From Octopus sinensis (Eukaryota): a DNA stretch of 64,000 nucleotides. The translations under genes were made by a program, and so were the position numbers. The notes under the pieces were generated by a model. It made no database searches. It saw only the letters and a list, made by a program, of their open reading frames with translations, and was not told the origin of the DNA. Each line of letters opens with the position of its first letter. Position 1 is the stretch's first letter. Below, piece after piece: positions 51,041-64,000 of the stretch. Where the stretch lies: NCBI RefSeq assembly GCF_006345805.1, contig NC_043020.1:13702001-13766000 (forward strand), in the 5' to 3' direction.

Positions 51041-51216
51041 GAGGACGAGATGACAAAACGCAGTCAAGAAGTGATGCAAGTCTCCAGAGTCGAAGCAGAA
51101 GTAAAACAGTTGAAAAAGGAGAACCATGAGTTACGTCAGTACATCTTGGCTCTGCAGAGTGAGGTCTACGGCGCCAGGTTGGCGGCAAAATATTTGGATA
51201 AAGAACTCGCTGGAAG
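51041..51216 (+). CDS. GOPC: Internal coding exon of Golgi-associated PDZ and coiled-coil motif protein (GOPC/PIST/CAL), coiled-coil region
   Basis: Flanked by ttaatttcag| and |gtaaaa. Translates without stops as [58 protein letters not shown](R), matching the recalled vertebrate GOPC motif [42 protein letters not shown]. Starts in phase 0, ends in phase 2. Confidence 0.95.
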
Positions 51217-51399
51217 GTAAAACATATTTCTTTATATCACAAACTGACACTGTTTTGTTGTTGTTGTATAGTGCTCAGGTTGGCTGTGGCCAATCAGAGC
51301 TTGGGTCTTGTAAGGTAATCAGTTGAATAACAACTTGCAACCTGTAGATTTGTTATTCCAGATATGTACCATGCAGAGGACTGACTTTATTGCTGCTGC

Positions 51400-51432
<33 letters not shown>

Positions 51433-53180
51433 TGCCTTCTTCTTCTTCTTCTTCTTCTTCTTCTTCTTCCAATCAGGACTCACGCCATCAGCCACAGATA
51501 ATAATCTCTAATTCGAGCCTACTCTAAGCTACTAAGAATGCGTGTGGCAACTTGAAGATCCACACCACACGCGATAGACTGGCAGTTGCACGGACGCAAA
51601 AGCTACGTTGTTATCCTCATTCCGTAAACAAGAATTCCGAACCATTATTTGGTTATGGTTCCTCCTACATACCGCACTCTCTTCTCTGAAGATCCAGCTT
51701 GGGTGATGGCTTGTGTTGGTCAGCTACATGCCCCATGGTCAGAGCAGATGTAGAAATGTCGTCATGGAAACAGGAACTAAGTGAGACATCTCTTGGAGGT
51801 TTGCCCAGGACAACCCGAGCAGATACCAACAAACGGCAGATGCAGCGACATGCTGCAATGGTGCATCACCCCACACCTGACTCTGACCTGATCTGGTTCC
51901 TTAAAAATCCTTCTCGTGTTTTTCAGGACCCTTTGTAAAACAAAGTTGTAAATTTCTCCCATTGATCTCCCCAACACAAATGGATAAACAGTTTGAGGTT
52001 ACCTCATTGTGGGCCAAGTTGCTCCAGGGGTCAGCCATCTGGGTGCCAAGACCATTCCTCAATAACTACAATGTTTAGCAGCACTGACAACAGGAACTGT
52101 CTGCTATTTTTGTAGAAGATTCTTTGGCTGTGTGATAAGAAACTTACTTCCCAACCACATGGTTCTGGGTTCAGTCCCACTGCATGGTTCCTTGAGCAAG
52201 TATCTTCTACTATAACTTCAGGCCAACTAAAGCCTTGTGAGTGGATTTGATAAACGGAAACTGAAAGAAATCTGTTGTATGTGTGCATACAAGTGTGTGT
52301 GTTTGTGTCTGTCAGTGTGTTTGTGTGCCCATAACTTAACAGTTCGGAAAATGAGACCAATAGTATAATTACTAGGGTTTTTAAAAAAATAAGTATTGAA
52401 GTCAATTCATTTAATTAAAATAAATTTTTTAAAACTTCAAGGCAATGCCCCAACATGGCCACATTCTAATAACTGAAACAAGTAAAAGATAGAAAGGAAA
52501 AAGACATTAAATCCTGCAAAATAAATAAGAAATTGATTTTCTATATTTTATGAGCAAAATCCATAAAAAACAATATTGGGATTTGCTTTTGTTTTTCTTT
52601 TGTTTGTGTGTTTTGGGTGAGAGGGTGGGCGATTGTAGGGTATATTATTGTAATTTATTTCACTTTTGTATTACACTCTAATTCCAATATTTCTTGCTTC
52701 GCTAATTAATTTCAGCCAAGGAAAATAAATCTTTTAATTAAAGCAAAACAAACGTCAAAATGGTTTGTTAATTTCCATCAAGATTGGATTGGTTCTCTAT
52801 ATTATTTCCGTATTTCTTTGTTTTTTGTGTGATTTCGTGTTTTTTTTTTTGTTTTTTTTTAATCTTTTTCAAACATGCAATGAAATTTGGAAAAATATTT
52901 CCAGATTATTCTTGAAAAATTTTCTCATATTTTCCAATTTGCTATTAACAAGAATTGTTTATCTGTCATTTCGGGAATCAATCAAAAGTTAGTCTCGTAG
53001 ATGTTTTGTCTATTGTCTTCAACTTGTCGTTAATCCAGTTTAACACCGAGATAATCCTGTTTAACACTGGAGATAATTCTGGAGAACATGAGATAACGAG
53101 GAACAACATGAACTAATATGGGAAACACTACATGGTCATTTAATCTACGAGAAATAGCAGCTAATTCTTCCTTGAATTAT

Positions 53181-53579
53181 ACTCTTTTTTACTCTTTTAC
53201 TTGTTTCAGTCATTTGACTGCAGCCATGCTGGAGCACCGCCTTTAGTCGAGCAAATCAACCCCTGGACTTATTCTTTGGAAGCCTAGTACTTATTCTATC
53301 GGTCTTTTTTGCCGAACTGCTAAGTTATGGGGATGTATACACACCAGCATTGGTTGTCAAGCGATGTTGGGGGGACAAACACACACATGCATATATATAC
53401 ATATATACATATATATGACGGGCTTCTTTCAGTTTCCATCTACCAAATCCACTCACAAGGCTTTGGTCAGCATGAGGCTATTGTAGAAGACACTTGCCCA
53501 AGGTGCTACGCAGTGGGACTGAACCCGGAACCATGTGGTTCGTAAGCAAGCTACTTACCACACAGCCACTCCTACGCCT
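53181..53579 (-). mobile_element. SINE family 1 copy
   Basis: Homologous to 2721-3130. Confidence 0.9.
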
Positions 53580-53639
53580 ACTGTACATATAGAAAGAACA
53601 TGATGGCCATGGCTATAAATATTTTGTATATTTTCTCAA

Positions 53640-53945
53640 TCAAGCCTTGCTTGCTTGTTTCATGCTCTTGCTTCATGGAGCTGTGGTTATCCCAGGTTAG
53701 TACGTCCCAGAGACTTCATCATGCGTAGAGCTGACCAGATCTACCAGTGTTCCTCATCACTGGTGGTCTCATTCCAGCCCCTCTGCATCCTCCCAGGTGA
53801 CGTTGAGCCTCTAGAGATCTTTCATAATCATGTCCAGCCATCTGGCGTGGGGCCTGCCATGAGGCCTCTTCCAGCCCACAGCTGCTTCATTGATTGAGAG
53901 TAAATCTCCAACTGGATAATCTAGTGGGAGAAGAAGGACATGTCT
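53640..53945 (-). mobile_element. RTE-clade LINE 3' fragment
   Basis: GWKRPHGRPHARWLDMIMKDL motif followed by a 3'UTR. Confidence 0.7.
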
Positions 53946-54586
53946 GTATGCCTGTACTGGTGTAAGTGATGTATAACTGACTTGGACAATAAAATTAAGC
54001 ACAGCAGCCCACGAAGGAGAGACGTAAATTTTTATATTAACAGAGGAGTAAGACAATAGATGAAGGATTAAATATTCGAATCTAGGACTTTTCATCTAAA
54101 ACGCTTCGGTCTAATGCAGTATGGTCTAAAGTGACTTTTGTATAAATACACTATAGTCTAAAGACATTTTTGTCTAAATGCCTTTTAGTATAAAAACATT
54201 TTAGTCTAAACCCACTTCAGTCTAATAACTATTTTGTCTATAGAATCTCAAAAAAAATGTAAAAAGATCTAAATAACTATACTCTAATAATCCTTTTTGT
54301 ACAAAGAACTATCGCCTAACGATTATTTTGGTATAATAACTTGTTTGTTTTACGACAGTGAGATTTGAGCTCTGAACATTGGATTTAAGTGACAAAAGCT
54401 TGTACAACACTTTTGCCACCCTCTCGGTTGTCATAGTAGGTTCTACTGACAAGCATTGGAAGGTGACTGCAAGTTTTACATCAGAGTAACTTTCTCCTAG
54501 AAGGGCTGCTTTCCCTCACAACTTTGTCAGAAATAATAGGAGCTTCCTCTCTCTCTAAGAAATCTATTTATCCCATAGAAAGGACC

Positions 54587-55003
54587 CTGGCGAGCTGGCA
54601 GAACTATTAGCACGCCGGGCAAAATGCTTAGCAGTATTTCATCTGCCGTTACATTCTGAATTCAAATTCCACCAAGGTCGACTTTGCCTTTCATACTTCT
54701 GGGGTTGATAAATTAAGTACCAGTTACGCACTGGGGTCAATGTAGTCGACTTAATCCCTTTGTCTGTCCTTGTTTGTCCCCTCTATGTTTAGCCCATTGT
54801 GGGTAATAAAGAAATAGGTATTTCGTCTGCCGTTACGTTCTGTGTTCAAATTCCACCGAGGTCGACTTTGCCTTTCATGCTTTCGGGATCGATAAATTAA
54901 GTACCAGTTACACACTGGGGCCGATGTAATCGACTGAATCCCTTTGTCTGTCCTTGTTTGTCCCCTCTATGTTTAGCTCCTCGTAGGCAATAAAGAAATA
55001 AAA
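54587..55003 (+). mobile_element. SINE family 2 dimer
   Basis: Junction aaagaaatag|gtatttcgtctgcc at about 54817. Confidence 0.9.
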
Positions 55004-56050
55004 AGAAAGAAGAAAGGACCCTGACAGGTACTACCATTCCAAGTCGGAACAAACCTGGGAGTAATGGTAATTAAGGGGTGACCCCATGCTCCCCACATCC
55101 CAAGAACTCCTGAACTGAAGCCTCGCCACTGGATACAGTTTCATGTCTTATCCAGGACACACACACACATGCGTGTGTGCAGAGGTACACACATACTCAC
55201 CGTCCCTAAACCGCTCAATCTTATTTACTTGGTGGCGGCAGGGTTTGTAAAACCTAATTGTTTGTAATTACTAAAATTAAAACAGAGCCAGAAATTCTGC
55301 CCAAAATATCTAATGTTGCAGAATTTAATAAGCGATGAAGTTTTACGTTTTTCTCATATATTTTTTGTAATAAACTGACCAAACTCCAGAAAGTGATTAA
55401 TAAAAGAAGTTAATCAACCTTTTTTTTTTTTAACTCATTATCTAAATGAAAAGGAAGTGAAGAAGATAAGATCAGTTACTATTTTTACAGGAGAGATGTA
55501 AATAGAGAAGATATAATTCTAATTCCACTCCAATCTCTTGTATTACACGCTTGGCTCTATCATGTGTTGGGTTAAAATTATTCCTTACAAGTTCAGTTAA
55601 GTACAAGACGTGAGGGAATGTTCCGGTTAACTCGCTCAAACAGAGTGTGAAATTGAGTAGATTTAACATGGCTTCGTAGACATCGGAAGTGGTGATGTTC
55701 AATAGGTAATGGATACCTGCATCACTGGTTTAGTTTCCACTCTGAGCAACATTTCATTACTTGGTGGCACCATGCCAGATATATTACAGTGATTAATGTG
55801 TGACCTCAAGACTGGCAGATGGTGTCGGTGTTTTTGTGTTTCTATGTCATTCTAGGCGACGATATTTTACAGTCTGTTTCAGGCGTGGCTGTGTGGTAAG
55901 AAGTTTGCTTCCCAACCACATGGTTCTGGGTTCAGTCCCACTGTGTGGCACCTTGGGTGAGTGTCTTCTACTATATATAGCCTTGGGCTGATCAATGCCT
56001 TATGAGTGGATTTGATAGATGGAAACTGAAAGAAGCCTGTCGAAAGAAGC

Positions 56051-56905
56051 CAAGGCGGCAAGCTGGAAGAAATGTTAGCACGCCAGGCAAAATGCTTAGC
56101 GGTATTTCATTTGCCGCTACGTTCTGAGTTCAAATTCCACCAAGGTCAACTTTGCCATTCATCCTTTCGGGGTCGATAAATTAAGTACCAGTTATGCACT
56201 GGAGTCGATATAATCAACTTAATCCGTTTGTCTGTCCTTGTTTGTCCTCTCTGTGTTTAGCCCCTTGTGGAGAGTAAAGAAATAGATACTTTGTCTGCCA
56301 TTACGTTCTGAGTTCAAATTCCACCGAGGTCAACTTTGCCATTCATCCTTTCGGGGTCGATAAATTAAGTACCAGTTATGCACTGGGGTCGATATAATCG
56401 ACTTAATCCGTTTGTCTGTCCTTGCTTGTCCTCTCTGTGTTTAGCCCCTTGTGGAGAGTAAAGAAATAGATACTTTGTCTGCCATTACGTTCTGAGTTCA
56501 AATTCCACCGAGGTCAACTTTGCCTTTCATCCTTTCATGGTCGATTAAATAAGTACCAGTTATGCATTGGGGTCAATATAATCGACTTAATCCATTTGTC
56601 TGTCCTTGTTTGTTCCCTCTGTGTGTAGCCCCTTGTGGGCAATAAAGAAATAAGAAGCTTGCTTCCCAAGGCGGCGAACTGGCAGAAAGGTTAGCTCACC
56701 TGGTGAAATGCTTAGCAGTATTTCGTCTGCCGCTACGTTCTGAGTTCAAATTCCGCCGAGGTCAACTTTGCTTTACATTCTTTCGGGGTTGATTAGATAA
56801 GTACCTGTTACACACTGGGGTCGATATAATCGACTTAATCCATTTGCCTGTCCTTGTTTGACCCCTCTGTGTGTAGCCCCTTGTGGGCAATAAAGAAATA
56901 AGAAA
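56051..56905 (+). mobile_element. SINE family 2 trimer plus a monomer
   Basis: Junctions gaaatag|atactttgtctgcc at about 56286 and 56469; a new head at about 56669. Confidence 0.9.
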
Positions 56906-57442
56906 CTTGCTTCCCAACCACATGGTTCAGGGTTCAGTCCCACTGCATGGCACCTTGGGGCCAAGTGTCATCTACTATAGCCTCAGGCTGACAAAAGCTA
57001 CGTGAGTGGATTTGGTTGATGGAAACTGAAATGAAACCCATAGTATGTGTGTGTGTTTGTTTGTCCATTCACACTGCTTGATTATGTCCCTGTAACTTAG
57101 TGGTCCAGCAAAAGAGACCGAATAAGTACTAGGGTTAATATATTCAACTAAAAATTGTTCAAGATGATGCCCCAGCATGGGCTCGGTCTAATGACTGAAA
57201 CAAGTACTTGATGAAAGATAAAGATAATTATTTAGTTAATCCTTCTTTAATCCATCCTCTTTAACAGATTAGAAAGCATTGACATGCTCATTTGATCTCC
57301 AAGAAATATGTACCAAATCTCCCTCAAATCATGTCTTACCATTCTCAAATTGGAAGAACACATTGGATAGTATAGTGTCTGTGAACCGGACGGAATGGTT
57401 TCAGTAGTAGCACTTCTGTTTTATCAGGACTGGCTTGAGACT

Positions 57443-57831
57443 GGTGGAAGCACTCCGTCGGTTACGACGACGAGGGTTCCGGTTGATCCGAATCAACGGA
57501 ACAGCCTGCTCGTGAAATTAACGTGCAAGTGGCTGAGCACTCCACAGACACGTGTACCCTTAACGTAGTCCTCGGGGATATTCAGTGTGACACAGAGAGT
57601 GACAAGGCCGGCCCTTTGAAATACAGGTACAACAGAAACAGGAAGTAAGAGTGAGAGAAAGTTGTGGTGAAAGAGTACAGCAGGGATCACCACCATCCCC
57701 TGCCGGAGCCTCGTGGAACTTTTAGGTGTTTTCGCTCAATAAACACTCACAACGCCAGGTCTGGGAATCGAAACCGCGATCCTATGACCGCGAGTCTGCT
57801 GCCCTAACCACTGGGCCATTGCGCCTCCACT
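57443..57831 (-). mobile_element. SINE family 4 copy with 10-bp TSD
   Basis: About 96% similar to 48575-48960; TSD gcttgagact. Confidence 0.9.
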
Positions 57832-58131
57832 GCTTGAGACTAAACAATAGAATTTCCAACTTTTGTGGTGTTATACACTACTGTTAAACAGTCCAAGAAC
57901 TCCACAGGAAGTCAAGAAATATTCAGGAATACTTCCATGTAGCATTCACAGACATGTCCATTAGCAGCCTTATGTAACTGACCACAATTGAATCTGACAT
58001 GAGATGGATTACGGATCTCAGCTCTGACATAATCAATCTACATCTTATCTATTCAGAAATTCTGATCAATTATAGATATGTATAGAAATATATATCTGAG
58101 ATTACCCCACACATTTTTGTTTTCTCTCTCT

Positions 58132-58209
<78 letters not shown>

Positions 58210-58797
58210 GTCTCTTTCATTTCTCAGGTTTTTCAATTTCCTTCTTTCCCATCACTTTTTCCTCTTCAAACGTATACCTTAGATGTCATCTGAAGACTAT
58301 CAAAATTTTACCAATTTAAATAATGTGCAAAGGAATTTTTTCTCATTGCCCAACACTAGATTTATAAAGACTGGAGTCAATAATCATGACTCCAAAATAT
58401 AACTGGTACCTATTTTATCAACTCCAGAAGGATAAGATCAAAACGTGGACTGATGAATCTGTTTAAATTTTGTTAGGTATTAAGTAAATTGTATCAATAT
58501 TTCTAATCTCTGTTGTATAAAGAAAGCAATTATTACAGTTTACAAGTCAAGATTAATTAGTACATCCAATTATCTCATAATTACTGCATTGTAAACTCTA
58601 AATTTAGTGTGTAATTACAAGCTTCCTATTGCATATAAATGTGATTTGAGTTTAAAGAGGTTATGTGGACCTCCATACCCACCCATCACCTGGATCAAGG
58701 GAAGGACTGAACCTTTCTGAGAGAATGGTGTTCAATGCAATGCCCAAAGCTATATACCAGACCTTTGCATTTTCATTGCGAAGAGTCTGAAGCCATA

Positions 58798-59318
58798 CCG
58801 TAAATCCTCAAGTATAATCCGCATTTTTTTCCCAAAATTTAAAGGTCAAAATCCCTAGTGTGTACTGTATACGAGGTTAAAAATGAAAAATATTTTCTAA
58901 GCAATGTCCGAGTCTCTATTTGCTGTCCGGCAATGTTTATTCAGACGCACTTTGTGATGTCGGGTGCAAAAATACCTTAAGCTAAGCCTGAAAGCAATGA
59001 AGTCATAAAAGAATCATCCATAACTTGCAGTAAGCAACATTTATTAAAATAAAAGTATTCAAAACACAGAATAACATGTAACAAAACAATTTGCAAACAT
59101 ATTAACATTCCCATATAACAGTTAAGAACATCACCATTATTGTATTACGCATGCGCGGAAGTGTTTGTTCGACTAGGTGCTGCTGGCTGAATTACGCACG
59201 ACTCAAGTTAGAGAAGGGGTTCATATTATACACAAGGTTTAGGTTTTTCAGATGTACAGCCCCCTAAAAATCCCCTGCGTATTATACTCAAGGGCGGACT
59301 ATACTCGAGGATTTATGG
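58798..59318. mobile_element. Tc1/pogo-like MITE
   Basis: TIRs ccgtaaatcctcaagtata / tatactcgaggatttatgg with TA TSDs; no transposase ORF. Confidence 0.85.
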
Positions 59319-61879
59319 TATTCCAAATAGGATCCCATTTGGAATTGATATGCCATAAGGTTTTGATTCATTCCCATTGAAATACAAAGCGATTTTTGAA
59401 GTATTCAGTTTGGCAAGACGTATCTCAGAACAAACCATTTTAATTAATTAGCTAGACTTTTTTTTCCCCCTCACAAAAAGGGCCATACTTTAGGTACTGA
59501 AATAAAAGAGAAATTGTCATCAAATCTATCTTCACGGACATTGATCTCTCTACTAAAACTTTATGGTACCGGCTATCTACTTCACAGAAATTAATGATAT
59601 CACTCAACCATTATGATGACAGTCTTAAGTGTGTGGTGTGTCTGTGTATGTGTGTCTATGTGTTTGTCTATAGTTCTCTGCCACTTTATGTGTGGGGAAG
59701 AGAGGAAGACAGCAACAATTGATGCTCTTAACCAATATTTTAGTTCTTTTGTTGTCAACTAATCCAATTTTTCTCGGAGAGCAGTGGAAACACTTACTCT
59801 GTTTACTAATCAGAATTAATCTGAAATATAGTCATCCATTTACAATGAGACTCAATGACAAACAATGGATGACACTTTTTCAATTATTATTTTATCGTTG
59901 ATAAATAACAAAACTGTCTGCCAATGTTAGAAGACTGTAATTTACCATTCTTACATAAAACTAATTATAATCACTAATAAATGGTTAATTACCACAATAT
60001 AGAGTTTATTAAACAAGAAGTGCAACTAAAGTATTATTATGATGCCCGTGGCTGGATTATTTCAATAAAAGACTTTGGTAATGGTTCAAACAATGGTAGG
60101 AGAGGAATTTACAATGTTTAAGCATCGCACTTCTTTCCTCTTGGGAAATGGGGAATTTTCTAAATGAATATTTATCTGCTGATAATAACGAACCCATTTT
60201 TAATTATCTTAAAACCATCACAACCACTGTAACCACCACCACCATCATCCTCATTAATATTCTTGTTTTAACATTTGTTTTGCAATGCAGACATGGGTTT
60301 GATATGTCTGTAATCCTGTACATCACCATTCATCTTAATCTTGTGTCATCTCATCTGTGAAGCGAAATATCTTAACATTTTTTTTTTTTTTTTACCCATT
60401 TCTTAAGAGTTCAAGCAAAAAAGCTCTCAGACTCTAAAGCTGACGTAATAAATGAATACAAAAAAAAAAAGAAAATCTTCCCATGAGGGAATTTCGTTTC
60501 TAAGTTTCCATTTTCTTATTTTTCACTAAAATATTGACAAAGAAAAACTGATTTAGGATTGTCTATGAACTTCAAAAAGCCTTAGTAAGAAGTTCTGTAC
60601 GGATGCCAACTTTGGCAAGTAAACAAGAACAAGGAAAAGCGGAATCCTTTTTGGCATCGGTTAAAAGACAAAGATTACAGTAATGATGAAACAGCAACAA
60701 TAGTAGCAAACCGAGGAATCAATTCCAGAACACATTATTTGACAAGTAGTTAGCATTAATGTTTTTCAGAACACTAGTGCCAACCATGTGTTTATGCTTA
60801 CCAATTAATTAGATTAGTGCCTGTCTAAATAAAGCTCTGTTTTTCGGTATTGTCTTTTTTCTCTACTAGTATACTTGTAGTAAATTTTATTTTCTCTTCT
60901 GATCATTGCTAGTTTGTTCCTTCTACTGTAAACTTAGTCCAGATTATTCTCGTTTCTACCGTTGTTGTATAACATTACAGTTAACAATACTACTTTCTGC
61001 ATGGGTTGCTTTCTTTTGTTTGTTTTTGCTTTTGTTTTGTTTTTTGTTTTTGTTTTTTGTTTCGTTTTTGTCTGGGTTTTTTTCTATTTTGCTTCAATCC
61101 AATCCTTTAAGGTATCACATTCAGATGATGTATGTCGCTTCTTCTTCTTCTCCTTCTTCTTCTCTGCCACTTCTACCATTTCTTCCAATTCTTCTACCAC
61201 TTCTTCTCTCCTCCCTCCTCTTCTCCTCCTTCCTCCTCCTCTTTTATTATTATTTAAATGTCTGTCCGTTTGTCTTGAACAAATCTTCTGTTAAATAGGC
61301 CATGTTGAAAATACACTTACCTGTTGTCTTTCTGCCAATTACATCCTTAAAGAGACCAGCAAATAATCTCCTCACATCTATTTCCAGCAGTAAATATTCT
61401 ATATTCTTGTATTTAGGGTGGTGAACTGCTCACAAAATCATTAGAACACCTAGAACACCAAGAAAAATGCTTTAAAATATTTCTTCCAGTTCTTTAAATC
61501 CCGAGTTCAAATCCCGCCGAGGTCGGCTTTACTTTTCACAACTCAGAGGTCAATAGAATAAAGTACCATTGAAGTACTGAAGTTAGTGTAGTCAGGAGGA
61601 TGGAAAAGTAACCCAAACATGAAATGTTTAGCGGTATTTCATCTATCTTTACATTCTGAGTTCAAATTCCGCCGAGGTCGACTTTGCTTTTCATTCTTTC
61701 GGGATCGACAAATTGCATACCGGGGTTGATCTAATGAACTGGGCCCCCTCCCCCAAAATTTTGGGCCTTGTACCTAGAGTAGAAAAGATTATTATTATTA
61801 TCATTATTAAGATAGGGAGCTGGCAGAACTGTTAGCATGCCAAGCAAAAGGCTTAGCGGCATTTTGTCTCTCTCTCTCT

Positions 61880-62101
61880 CTCTTTTCTCTTTTGCTTGTT
61901 TCAGTCATTTGACTGTGGCCATGCTGGAGCCCCACCTTTAGTCGAGCAAATCGACCCTGGGACTTATTCTTTGTAAGCCCAGTACTTATTCTATCGATCT
62001 CTTTTGCCGAACCGCTAAGTGACGGGGACGTAAACACATCAGCATCGGTTGTCAAGCAATGCTATGGGGACAAACACAGACACACAAACACACACACACA
62101 C

Positions 62102-62181
<80 letters not shown>

Positions 62182-62358
62182 TATATACGCATATATACGA
62201 CAGGCTTCTTTCAGTTTCCGTCAACCAAATCCACTCACAAGGCTTTGGTCGGCCCGGGGCTATAGTAGAAGACACTTGCCCAAGGTGCCACGCAGTGGGA
62301 ATGAACCCGGAACCATGTGGTTGGTTAGCAAGCTACTTACCACACAGCCACTCTCTGC
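61880..62358 (-). mobile_element. SINE family 1 copy, partly nested in the head of a family-2 SINE
   Basis: Homologous to 2721-3130, with an expanded central (TA)n. Confidence 0.85.
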
Positions 62359-62970
62359 GCCTATTATGTCTGTCTAATAATAATAATAATAATAATAATA
62401 ATCTCCTTTATATTATAATCTCTTTTATATTGATAATCTCTTTTCTCTAATGCTACAATATTCTGGTCAATGTCTTCTGGCTTTTGTCTTCCATTGTCTT
62501 TTCCTTGTCCTTTGTTTCTTTGTTTCTGCTCTCTAAAAATATTGTTCAACAAGTTTACTGAAGATGGAACACAAATAAATATTTCTGTTCACTAGCTCGC
62601 CTCCCCCCCCCCCACCTCCAACTCCCCCCCCTCTGCCGACAATGCACAGGTGTTTTCTTATCTTCAATATTCACTTCAAATGCTGCCTCCATATTATATA
62701 TTATTATTATTATTATTATTATTATTATCATCATCATAAGGCGGTGAGCTGGCATAATCGTTAGCACCTGAGGCGAAATACTCAGCAGTATACTTAGCAG
62801 TATTTCGCCTATTGCTACGCCCTGAGTTCAAATTCTGCTGAAATTGACTTTGCTTTTTATCCTTTTGGGGTCAATAAACACTGGTGTCAATATGACTAGT
62901 CCCCTCCCCCAAATTTTCAGGCCTTGTGCATTTAGTAGAAAGGATTATTATCATTATTATAATAATTTTA

Positions 62971-63014
<44 letters not shown>

Positions 63015-63019
63015 GTTAT

Positions 63020-63222
63020 TGTTATTGTTGAGTGAGAGAGCAGAGCATGCCATCAAAGTGACACTGGGGTAAAATATACGAAGCCCAGTATACCCATCAT
63101 GACTACCTGTCTGATAAAGGTACACTAGGTACATGCATCACAACCATATGTGTGCAACATGGTGATCTCATGGCAAGATAAACAGCACATGACCTTGCAG
63201 GTGGGGCCCAATTAGAATTTTC
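63020..63222 (-). mobile_element. 5'-truncated TAA-tailed retroposon abutting the HERO fragment
   Basis: Colinear with 37663-37858. Confidence 0.75.
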
Positions 63223-64000
63223 AAGTTTTTTTCTTCACTATTGTTGAGATCAATTTGGTTCTTTATAGCTTTGAAGATAACCTTAAGGACCAGGTTGTCT
63301 CCATGTATATCTGTTCAATGTTAATGAACAGTTGGAAAGAATATGTTTCAGGGTTCCGATCTTTCTGCATTTGCATATATCATTCTCTGAGACATTCCAT
63401 CTTGCTAGATTTGCAGGTGATGGCAAAACATCATAGGATGAACGAATCAGAAAACTCAGCAGAGATGTGGTCCACCTCCTTATCTCATCCCAACTTATTT
63501 TCTCCTCAACAACATGTTCCGCCCATCTCATCATCCGTCCTTTTTTAATGCATTGGATCAAATGAAGCTCTCTTCTCTCTGCTTCTTTCATTTTGACGCT
63601 GTTGCTACCAACAAATTTGCATTGTTCCACATCATACTTGCAAATGGTCTGAATCGATCTACACCAAAACCAAGTCCCTTCTGATGAATTTGCTTTGCAC
63701 CCACCATATCTTGGTGTCTAAGAGAAGACAGGATGCCCTCAGTCTCTGCTTCTGCTTTCCACTTCCTGGCTGTTTTCACATCTGGTGGATTATGCCTGAT
63801 TTCCATGCCCTTCGACTCTCTCAGCATCATCACCATTCGTACCTTTCCCAGTTTATATATTTTGATTATTGATACCAGTGGTAACTGCAACAAGCCTCTT
63901 TTACAATAAAGAGCTGAACTGTTCAACATCCGTGGTAGGCCTAGCCACTTTCTAATGAGCACATTACATTATTGTTCAATGATTTGAACTCATGACAATG
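63223..64000 (-). mobile_element. HERO-clade (R2/R4/NeSL-like, RLE) non-LTR retrotransposon fragment, disrupted
   Basis: Frameshifted translations LIRKWLGLPRMLNSSALYC..LQLPL..KTARKWKA..LRHQDMVG..GLG and LPSPANLARW..CKCRKIGTLKHILSNC..RYTWR (CCHC knuckle followed by RYTWR[H]), as recalled for HERO ORFs. Confidence 0.8.

Noticed and set aside
51272-51314. Possible 43-nt exon right after the GOPC exon (SAQVGCGQSELGSCK)
   Set aside because: It resembles a decayed SINE tail (compare about 50145-50190), would shift the frame, and does not match GOPC.
55196-55870. Minus-strand exon-like pieces (RFYKPCRHQVNKIERFRD; ..MVPPSNEMLLRVETKPVMQ)
   Set aside because: Acceptors are weak or ambiguous, there is no recognisable protein and no consistent chain.
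59790-60815. Two 23-nt AG..GTAAG micro-exon-like sites
   Set aside because: Joining them creates a stop codon; they illustrate the background rate of chance splice sites.

Overview
AT-rich eukaryotic genomic DNA, almost certainly an Octopus species (judged from recalled octopus SINE families and microsatellite density; not database-checked). There are no prokaryotic features, rRNA, real tRNA genes or CRISPR arrays. The one securely recognisable coding segment is a 176-bp internal exon of GOPC (PIST/CAL) at 51041-51216 (+); its neighbouring exons were not found in the window. A weaker, phase-compatible chain of short exons on the minus strand (about 15 kb to the left edge) suggests an unidentified antisense gene. 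The rest is a dense mosaic of tRNA-derived SINEs of several modular families, Helentron/HINE-like elements, piggyBac- and pogo-like MITEs, an internally deleted mariner, fossil Gypsy, RTE, R4/Dong and HERO retroelement fragments, and microsatellites. The most interesting items are a SINE-derived higher-order tandem array (9.5-12.2 kb), SINE multimers with a recurrent junction at several loci, hammerhead-ribozyme-like motifs, a nested retroposon with a structured 5' end, a 2.4-3.5 kb foldback structure, and a 26-bp hairpin minisatellite grown out of a SINE. Most ORFs in the supplied track are microsatellite or SINE noise. Repeat boundaries are read by eye and are approximate.
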